Source: Octopus sinensis
Taxonomy: Eukaryota
DNA length: 64,000 nucleotides
NCBI RefSeq assembly: GCF_006345805.1
Contig: NC_043006.1
Coordinates: 1,798,001-1,862,000 of the forward strand
Direction: 5' to 3'
Within the stretch, counting starts at the first letter, position 1, and each line of letters begins with the position of its first letter. Below, in pieces: positions 54,038-64,000 of this stretch. A model generated the notes under the pieces. That model was not told where the DNA came from, ran no database searches, and saw only the letters and a program-made list of their open reading frames with translations. The position numbers and the translations under genes are program-made.

Positions 54038-54595
54038 ACCAGTGAGTCTTGTCCATATGCTTGCGACAGAATGCGCATGCACTGCAGGCACCCAAGGGTG
54101 AATAATGGGGATTGAGTTAGGTCTAGAATCACTATTGCTACTCACCAAAATAATCCAGACCTTTGTGTGTGTGTGTGTGTAAACAACAGCAAACTTGTCT
54201 TTAAGAACTCTGAGTATCCTCTATCATGTAATGACTGTTTCAGAAGTGTTTCTCTGTTTAAGACTTGGAGACGATTACAGATTTACAAAAGGATGAAGTA
54301 GAAACAAGAATAAGTGTGTAAGAGAGAGAGAAGATGAAAATAAACAAATAAACTGTAATCGTCTCCAAGTCTTAAACAGAGAAACACTTCTGAAACAGTC
54401 ATTACATGATAGAGGATACTCAGAGTTCTTAAAGACAAGTTTGCTGTTGTTTACACACACACACACACAAAGGTCTGGATTATTTTGGTGAGTAGCAATA
54501 GTGATTCTAGACCTAACTCAATCCCCATTATTCACCCTTGGGTGCCTGCAGTGCATGCGCATTCTGTCGCAAGCATATGGACAAGACTCACTGGT
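54038..54595. repeat. Perfect inverted repeat, 243-bp arms, 72-nt spacer
   Basis: 54038-54280 is the reverse complement of 54353-54595; no mismatch seen by eye. Confidence 0.95.
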
Positions 54596-56380
54596 TAGAG
54601 TCGAGGCAAACCTAGAAGAAATGTAACGAGTACCAAAAAGCATGAGTTATGGATATTCCTTTGACCTTAATGCTTTTGGTACCCACCCATCTGAGGCTGG
54701 CCTTGGTTCTCTGATACGAATTTGCTGTTTTAAAATGATCTAAATTAGAATTTCGTCATCAAAATTTCACAATAATTTATATTCCAAACTCAAGCTTAAT
54801 AAGAATGCAATTATTTTAATAAATTCTTCATTGCTTTCAAAAATAATTGCAACAAAGGCAGTGTCATTCAGCAGAAATATGGTAACGGAAGGGTTACCAT
54901 ATTGTATTTAATGTATTTAAAACATTTATTTAATCTCATTGTGGAATCAAGTCCCATGGTTAAAACACTAGATATCTTGGAATGACAAATGAAAATGATC
55001 GCTCCTGTCTTCAAAGCTGTACTTTTTCTGTGGAACGAGCACAAGAATACTGATTAAAAATGTTAACGTGGTCGTGAGAGCCACAACTCATTTATACAAT
55101 GATTATCCAGTTGAGTTTCGAGGTTGTAATTACAACAGAATTTCATCAAACTAACATTTAATTGATAAACGGTAGGTAGGTGGTAGGCAGTCAAAGATAT
55201 GAAGGAGGAGGAAACTTTCTTATCTTTACCATTAACAATGAATGAATGGCCAAGGTCAGTGCTTCTCAAACATTTTTTTTTTACTATACCTCTTTCTTTT
55301 GCTAAACTATTTCAGTGTTCCTGTCCTCAATTCAGCAAAATTATATACTCCATATGGTGGCACAGAAAAAGCACCATTGAGCGTGGCCGCTGCCAATACC
55401 GCCTGACTGGCCCCCGTGCCGGTGGCACGTAAAAGCACCCACTACACTCTCGGAGTGGTTGGTGTTAGGAAGGGCATCCAGCTGTAGAAACTCTGCCAGA
55501 TTAGATTGGAGCCTGGTGCAGCCATCTGGTTCGCCAGTCCTCAGTCAAATCGTGCAACCCATGCTAGCATGGAAAGCGGACGTTAAACGATGATGATAAT
55601 GATGATGATGATGAATACATATATATATCTACTTCATATGTGAAAAATCAGTGTGTGTTTGTTTGTGGCATTGTTAGCTAACTCCTCTTGCATCGTTTTA
55701 TTGATTCTGATGAAACAACACATGAGTAGAACTTATGTCTGGAAACCTTGTGACATACTTAGATTGTTGAAAAAAATCAATAATATGGCCCCTGGAAGGG
55801 ATCTTTATAGCTACCTCATATAACTAATTTTTTTTTAAACACTCAAGGGAAATAACCCATAGCACCTCCACTTACAGTTGTTAGTTTTTAGCAAAGCGAT
55901 CAATAGTTGATTCTCCCGATCAGCCGACTTAATTCTGCATTTTACTACTCACATTTTTCAACTGCTAAACCTTATTATTGCTCTTTCTTGTTGCATGTAC
56001 ACTTTCAATGCCATAACTCTGATAATTCTGCATTTTTCCTATAAAACGTTTCCAATAACAGCGCATAAATTTTTTATTCCAGATTTAGGGGACCTAATTC
56101 TGCTTTTCACTACTCACAGTTTCCAGCTACTAAACCTTATTATTGCTCTTTCTTGTTGCATGTACACTTATCTAACTCCGATAATTCTGCATTTTTCCAG
56201 TTAAAATTTTTTGATGACAGTTTATAAATTTTTGATTCAATAACATATTTAATAAGTGTGTCCCAATACAATGAACTCATACTTTAAATGCTTAAACTTC
56301 TTGAAAAATGAAACCAAACTTCACACCACATTCAGTTGGGACACCCTGTATTACTTATACTTATTTTACAAATGATAATA

Positions 56381-56435
<55 letters not shown>

Positions 56436-57649
56436 ACGTACGTACAAGTCAGAATTTTATATAATTCCACAAGTGCAGTGGCTGTCTTCCTTGCATATTT
56501 GGACATAACCATAAATTTTGAGTGTGTCTTTTCTATTATACTTCAGCTTATTTTGTCTACCATTTACAAATATATTATTTTGTTGGTTTTTTTTTTCTTT
56601 TTGCATTAATACTATTGATAGACTTCACCAGGTGGTGCTATTAAGTTGGACATGGCCAAAACCTATCAAAGTATCAAAGTATATTGTTATTGTTATGAAT
56701 GTTGGAAAACAAGCAGTTTATTTTGATATTACATTTCAGTTTTCTTCTTTTTAAGTTATTCAAAACGGGTATCAAAAACTAAAACAGATGGGTCTCTCAC
56801 CCTCTCCCCACTCCCTTTGTCATCAACACCCATATAAAATTTTCTGCCTCACCACCTACTTTGATCTAGAATGACCATCTGAGGCAGTACTGTGAACAGT
56901 ATAAACAAAAGAGAGGAGGGAAGAAAAATAGCGAGAAAGAGAAATTAGGACATTGATAAAGAAATTATGTAGAGTCATTGACAGAGTTTGCCAAGGTCAA
57001 AAGATTACCATTATCATTGTTTTGACCTCTGTTTTCTATATTTGCAAGGGTCAGAAAGAATTCATTGAGGCAAGTTTTCATATATCAAGATGCCCTTGCC
57101 GTCACAAACCCTCGCCTGTTTTAAGCAAAGGTTAGCTGTTTTGGTAGAAGAGTGTAAATGGACAACACCATTTCTGTAACAGTTTCTTTCTGCTTTTATT
57201 CTCTTTCACCAATCTCCACTGATCAACTAATTTATGATATTTCTCTACTTCTTAAAATACTACAAGCCTAAACTGTAGCAACTATTAAATTGCACATAGA
57301 ATGACAGCAAATTAGTAAATTGTGTTAATTCTCCCCCCCCCCGTCCCTCGACCCACTTGTCTTTTACATAATCTTTAAACTTATCTTCTTTTTAACTACA
57401 TGTCTTCAATACGATGCAGTTCAGCTTGTAAAATTTTTTGACGCTCATAATTTAGGTACACCTCTATCAAAATCCCTCTTGTCAACACACACACACACAC
57501 ACACACACACACTACTGATTATAATTACTAAAGGAGTTTTATATATAGTCGGTTGCTGTTTAGTTTTCCCCAAGGTCAACACTAAGACCCACGATGAAAG
57601 GCATTCCAACAGTGACCCCTCCCTCTTTTAGGAGGATATAGGTTGACAT

Positions 57650-59420
57650 TATAGTTAGTCTAACATGAGTTAGTCTAGGTGAGATGCAGTTAGGTTTCGT
57701 GCCAGGGAGAAGCACCACTGATGCTATATTTGTGGTAAGACAGCTGCAGGAGAAATACATATCCAAAGATTAACCTCTGTATTTGGCTTTCTTTGACATG
57801 GAGAAAGCCTTTGGCAGGGTCCTCCAATCCTTTAATCTGGTGGTTAGTGCAGAAACTAGGAATAGATGAGTAGTTGGTGAGAACTGTACAAGTCATATAC
57901 AGAGATGCTACCAGTAAGGTGATGGTTGGCAAAGAGTACAGCAAAGAATTCAGGGTACAAGTAGTGGTTCACCAAGGATCAGCCCTCAGCCCCCTCCTGT
58001 TCATCATAGTCCTCCAGGCAATAACAGAGGAATTGAAAACAGGCTGTTCCTGGGAGCTCCTGTATGTTGATGACCTTATTCTTATAGCTGAATCACAACC
58101 AGAACTAGAAAAGTTTCAGGTATGGAAGCAAGGTCTAGAATCGAAGGGCCATAGAGTTAACCTAGCAAAAACCAAAATCTTAGTAAGTAGGAAGTCAGAC
58201 GAATCACAAATCCCTTCAGACAGCACGGCTCAATCTGTAGAAAAGGTGTAGGTAGTAACTCTATAAGATGTAGCCAGTGTAAGCTACGGACACATAAGAG
58301 GTGCAGCAATACCAGAGGAAGGTTAACAGGGAAAACAGCTTTTGTTTGTGGAAGATGCATAGGTACAATACACACTGAAAATGTACAGAAAATAGACTCC
58401 ATCAACTGCCAGTGGAGTAAGCTAGAGGTAGTGTGTAGCTTTTCTTATCTAGGTGACCAAGTTAGTAGTGGAGGTGGATGCTCTGAGAGCATAGCTGTGA
58501 GAATAAGATTAGGCTGAGCAAAGTTCAGAGAGCTCCTATCTCTGCTGGCAACAAAGGCCTCTCCCTCAAAGTGAAAGGTAGATTGTATGATGTTTGCATG
58601 CAAACAGCTATGCTACATGGCAGTGAAACATGGGCTGTGACAGCCAAGGGCATGCACAGGCTTGAAAGAAATTAAGCTAGCATGCTTCACTGGATGTGCA
58701 ATGTCAGTGTGCATATTCAACAGAGTGTAAGCATCTTGAGAGAAAAGTTAGGCATAAGAGGCATCAGATGTGGTGAGCAAGAGAGACGACTGCACTGGTA
58801 TGGTCATGTAATGGGTATGGATGAGGACAGCTGTGTAAAGAAGTGCTGATCTCTAACTGTGGAGGGAACATGTGGTAGAAGTAGACCCAGAATGACATGG
58901 GTTGAGGTGGTGAAGCATGATCTTTGAACTTTGAGCCTCACAGAGGCAATGGCTCGTGACTGAGATCTTTGGCAATATGCTGTGCTTGAGAAGACCTGTC
59001 AAGCCAAGTGAAATCGTAGTCGTGGCTGACGCTGATGTCACCTAACTGGCACCCGTGCCAGTGGCACGTAAATGGCACCTTTCATGTGTTGAGCCTCATG
59101 GAGGCAAAGTGGCTGATGCTAGTGGCTTGTGAACTGTCCCTTTCGAGCTTTGGGCCTCACGGAGCCAATGACCGAGACCTTTGGCATTATGTCATGCTTG
59201 AGTAGAAGACCCTTCAAGCCAAGTAATATCGCAGTTGTGTCAGATACCAGTGGCACATAAAAGCACCCATTACACTCTCGGTTGGTGTTAGGAAGGGCAT
59301 GCAGCCGTAGAAACCATGCCAAATCAGACTGGAGTCTAGTGCAACCTTCCAGCTTGCCAGCCTTGGTCAAACTGCCCAACCCATGCCGGCATGGACAACA
59401 GACATTAAATGATGATGATG
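57650..59420 (+). mobile_element. 5'-truncated, frameshifted RTE LINE: RT domain, ORF2 C-terminus, 3' UTR and (GAT)n tail
   Basis: QLGFVPGRSTTDAIF, DMEKAF, VHQGSALSPLLF, LLYVDDL, NLAKTK, YLGDQ, HWYGHV; several stops. Confidence 0.95.
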
Positions 59421-60715
59421 ATAAGACGAGATGAGGGGGAATTTGGCTGATCTTTGTTGTAAATCAAGTAATCACACTTATTGGCTCATAACATGTAGTT
59501 GTTGATCATACCTGGTAGTTAATGTCCCTCCCTACACCTGATGCATAAATGATGTGCTACTTTCTCTCCGGTGCACATGTCATTATTAATGCACAAAAAC
59601 AAAAAACTGTGTCAGTTTATCTGAAGTGGTATGTGATGTACAAAGCACGTAAATGATTAATGTCCAATGTCCACAACAGGTGTGTATTTAAACTGAGGTG
59701 TTTCATGATAAACTTCCTGCTACATTTAAACATGTCTGTGTGGTGGCACTGCTTGGGACCAGAACATCAGGATGAATTTACCTTATATCATTTAGTTTCA
59801 TCGTTCTACATTTCTACATTTCAGTTCCTGTAGAAATCCACTTTGTTTTCCATTCCATCAGGATTTGGTCAATATAATTAACGGCGCCTACTTGGGCTGA
59901 TGTGGACATAGCTGTGTGGTTGAGAAATTCACTCCTCAAACCAGCGAACTCAAGGTTCAATCCTATTCGGTGGTACTTTAGGACTGTAGTACTTTAGGCA
60001 GGTGTTTTGAAACTACAATGTTGAGTTAACCAATGCCTTGTGAGGGAATTTGATTAATATAAACTGAAAGAAGCCCTTTGTATGTGTGTGTGTGTGTATA
60101 TATATATATCAAAATCAAATTCGATGACTGGCATACGTGCTAGTGGGGTGCAAAGAGCACCATATGGGTGTGATCGTTGACAGAGCAGCTAACTGGCACC
60201 TGTGCCGATGGCATGTGTAAAAAGATTCGAGCGAGGTCATTGCCAGTACTGCCTGACTGGCCCCCGTGCCAGTGGCACGTAAAAAGCACCCACTACACTC
60301 TTGGAGTGGTTGGCATTAGGAAGGCATCCAGCTGTAGAAACTCTGCCAAATCAAGATTGGAGCCTGGTGCAGCTATCTGGTTTGCCAACTCTCAGTCAAA
60401 ACCGTCCAACCCTTGCTAGCATGGAAAGTGGACGTTAAACAATGATGATGATGAGGATGATATATATATATATATATATGCTGGCAGACTCGTTAGCGCG
60501 CTGGGCGAAATGCTTAGCGGTATTTCGTCTGTCATTACGTTCTGAGTTCAAATTCCGCCGACGTCGACTTTACCTTTCATCCTTTCGGGGTCGATAAATA
60601 AAGTACCAGTTTCACACTGGGTGGGTGGTCGACGTAATGGACTTAATCCCTTTGTCTGTCCTTGTTTGTCCCCTCTATGTTTAGCCCCTTGTGGGCAATA
60701 AAGAAATATATATAT

Positions 60716-61566
60716 GAAGCTGGCACCATTCGCTCGTGGCCGTTTGCCAGCTCTGCCTGGCCCCCGTGTCAGTGGCACGTAAAAGCACCATCCGTTCGTG
60801 TTCGTTGCCAGCCTCGCCTGGTCCCGTGCCGGTGACACGTAAAAGCACCGTCCGTTCATGGCCGTTTGCCAGCTCTGTCTGGCCCCGTGTCGGTGGCACG
60901 TAAAAGCACCATCCGTTCGTGTCCATTGCCAGCCTCGGCTGGCCCCCATGCTGGGGACATGTAAAAGCACCGTCCGTTCGTGGCCGTTTGCCAGCTCTGC
61001 CTGGCCCCCGTGTCAGTGGCACGTAAAAGCACCATCCGTTCGTGTTCGTTGCCAGCCTCGCCTGGTCCCGTGCCGGTGACACGTAAAAGCACCGTCCGTT
61101 CGTGGCCGTTTGCCAGCTCTGTCTGGCAACCGTGTCGGTGGCACGTAAAAGCACCATCCGTTCGCGTCCGTTGCCAGCCTCGGCTGGCCCCCGTGCCGGT
61201 GACACGTAAAAGCACCATCCGTTCGTGGCCGTTTGCCAGCTCTGTCTGGCCCCGTGTCGGTGGCACGTAAAAGCACCATCCGTTCGTGTTCGTTGTCAGC
61301 CTCGGCTGGCCCCCGTGCCGGTGACACGTAAAAGCACCATCCGTTCGTGGCCGTTCGCCAGCTCTGTCTGGCACCTGTGCAGGTGGCACGTAAAAAACAC
61401 CCACTACACTCGCGGAGTGGTTGGCGTTAGGAAGGGCATCCAGCCGTAGAAACACTGCCAGATCTGACTGGGCCTGACGAAGCCTTCCAGCTTCACAGAC
61501 CCCAGTTGACCCGTCCAACCCATGCTAGCATGGAAAGCGGACGCTAAATGATGATGATGATGATGA
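60716..61566 (+). mobile_element. RTE 3'-tail element with about 11 tandem ~61-bp units
   Basis: units starting near 60723, 60785, 60845 ... 61334, then the standard tail. Confidence 0.9.
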
Positions 61567-62059
61567 TATATATATATATATAATCATATATATATATAAA
61601 CGATGATGATATGGAAGGAGAGTTCTATACTTGTCTTGACATCACATGATAGTTGTAAATGAGTATCACTGTCCTACAAGCAGTGTAAATCATTTTCAAT
61701 CTTCCATAAAACATGTCCAGCTACGGGGAAATATTACCTTGCTTGGAAACAGGTGAGGGTAATGTGTGTGTGTGTGTGTGTGTGTGTGGCACATGCATGT
61801 TGGTGTGAACATTTACAAAACTAAGCTGACCTATGAGTATGGACAGTGGTGTCCTTGCTCGTGGTTATGCTGCAACCATCAAAGTTTTTTATTTTCTGTT
61901 AACAAATCATCTGTTGTTCTCTGGTCTCAAATTCTTCTAAAATAAAAATCCCTTACTCAACAAAGAAAAACAAGTGAGGGTTGGTGATAAGAAGTGGATC
62001 CAGCCATAAAAATCTTGCCTCAATTTTACTTCAAGTTTGTTTTTGATTTTGTTGACTAC

Positions 62060-62530
62060 ACAGTATAGTAGGGTCACTTGGGCACCATCTGTGGGAAAAA
62101 CAGCACCATGATGCAATTCACTCTGTCAGAAATTCGGAAACAACATGCTGTACTGCTTGGCATTGATGCTGGAAGCTCCAATGCGAACATTTCAGAGTGT
62201 TTGGGTGTCAATCTGAGGACAGTACAAAGGATTCGGAAAGAGTTGGAGGAGTCTAATGGTGATTATGAATGTACGGCAGCTTGGAAAACTCACTCTGATC
62301 ATTCTGATAAGAAAAGAACTGAATTTGTTGGTGAGATCTAGGCCATGATTGACAATAATCCCTCCAAGTCAATGAGGTCCATAGCCAGGGACATGGGAGT
62401 GTCTGAGTTTCTTATCAGGCAGGTAGTGCATGAAGGCATTCGGTATTCCTCATACAGGATGAGAAAGGGCTAATTTTTATCCCAACCCACCAAGGACAAG
62501 AGGGAAGACCACACTACAAAAGGTTTTGAA
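62060..62530 (+). mobile_element. Tc1/mariner transposase N-terminal (HTH) remnant
   Basis: ISECLGVNLRTVQRIRK and NPSKSMRSIARDMGVSEFLIRQVV with internal stops. Confidence 0.85.
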
Positions 62531-63108
62531 CATATATAAACATATATATATGTGTGTGTGTATTTATGTATGTATATAGCATACAAGATAGACATTAATT
62601 GAAAGACAGGCATTAAATGAAAAAAAAAACCCCAAAGAAATACTAAAATATCAACCAGATTGTCAGATGTTATACATTGCTGATCCCAATGTGCTCCTAA
62701 TTCTTTCTTAATTACACCATTCTTTTCCATCTTGACCTAAATCGTTTAACTAAATTGTCATCCTATCATTTTAGGAACCTTCTGATCAAACTTCTTACCA
62801 CACAGCAACACCTGGATAGAAATATATAAAGATTTAGCATGTTTGATAAAGTTAGAGGCAGAGGTTCCCTTTGTAAAAGTTTAGAAATTGATATGTTTAA
62901 AAATATTCAATAAGCTGTTTTCTGAATCATGAAAAAACTTTATTAACCACTTCTACATAATGCTGTTATTGTGTTGTTCAGAAATTGAATAAACCCATAA
63001 TAAAGGAATTGAAATTCACATGACATAATTGAAACATTTTATTGTGATGAGTTGTTGTCGCAAAATATAACAGTTCTTTTTTTCTGTATTGTAATTTGTG
63101 AACATGAG

Positions 63109-63142
<34 letters not shown>

Positions 63143-64000
63143 TATGTTTGCATGGGTTGGATGGTTTGACACCATCGTCATTGTCATTTAACACCTGGTC
63201 TCCATGCTGGCATGGGTTGCATGGTTTGACATCGCGCTGGCTAGCTGTCCAGACTCCAACTGTCTGTTGTGACATAGCTTCTACACCTGGATGCCCTTCC
63301 TAATGCCAACCACTTAAGAGAGTGTGCTGAGTGCTTTTTACATGTCACTGGCATGGGTGTGTTTACGCAGCACTGGCATGGATGCGTTAACGCAGCATCT
63401 GCATGGGTGCAGTTAACGCAGCACTGGCACCAGCTCCTGAAGGGACAAGCCTGTATGTGTAGAAGACGGCGATATTACTTAGCTTAATGTATCTTACCAA
63501 GTACAGCAAATTGCCACTTCTCCCAGTCCCTCCATCATCATCATCATCGTTTAATGTCCGCTTTCCATGCTAGCATGGGTTGGACGGTTCGACTGGGGTC
63601 TGGGAAGCCAGGAGGCTGCACCAGGCCCAGTCTGATCTGGCAGTGTTTCTACAGCTTGATGACCTTCCTAACGCCAACCACTCCGTGAGTGTAGTGGGTG
63701 CTTTTTACGTGCCAGCAGCACGGGGAACAGTCGAGGCGGCGCTGGCAATATCATTCTAAAATATTCTAAAAAATAACAGTTACCTCATCCAGACCTCAAA
63801 GCTACAAAATAATGAATGATTAATTTGAAACAGTGTGAACAAATAAGCAATACTTGAGACAGAATAATGTGAATGGTTAGTGAGGAGCATAGGGTCAGTT
63901 TCTCTGACATAGATATTCCTCCCAAGTGGACTGGAGTAATGTGGAATGAAGTATTTTGCTCAAGAACGCAACATATTACCCGGTCCAAGAATCAAAACCA

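Noticed and set aside
54353-54410. Hammerhead in the 243-bp inverted repeat (gaaacagtc)
   Set aside because: No CUGANGA core on either strand
60681-61518. Long overlapping ORFs (up to 220 aa) and a repeat-spacer appearance
   Set aside because: They arise from the GC-rich ~61-bp tandem unit of the RTE tail; the variable parts are just two alternating variants

Overview
AT-rich, repeat-saturated eukaryotic genomic DNA; the SINE/RTE/microsatellite repertoire points to a coleoid cephalopod, probably Octopus (inference). The one host gene I can support is the middle part of SMC6 on the + strand. It has 14 GT-AG exons (1241-44532, 1824 nt, 608 codons, all phases consistent) encoding N-terminal coiled coil, hinge, C-terminal coiled coil and the start of the C-terminal head. 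The N-terminal Walker A exons and the signature/Walker B exons were not found. The introns hold tRNA-derived SINEs, many RTE 3'-tail copies, decayed RTE and CR1 LINEs, Tc1/mariner, hAT and Helitron remnants, MITEs and micro/minisatellites. Almost all ORFs in the supplied track are repeat artefacts. The most unusual feature is a non-coding 1067-bp element in a (TA)n tract, bounded by 318-bp direct repeats. Each repeat carries every hammerhead-ribozyme core nucleotide with perfect helices I and III, but in a non-canonical (pseudoknotted) strand order, making it a retrozyme-like candidate that needs testing. Also notable are several long fold-back inverted repeats, tandem arrays born inside RTE 3' tails, and a PHD-like finger inside an RTE reverse transcriptase.
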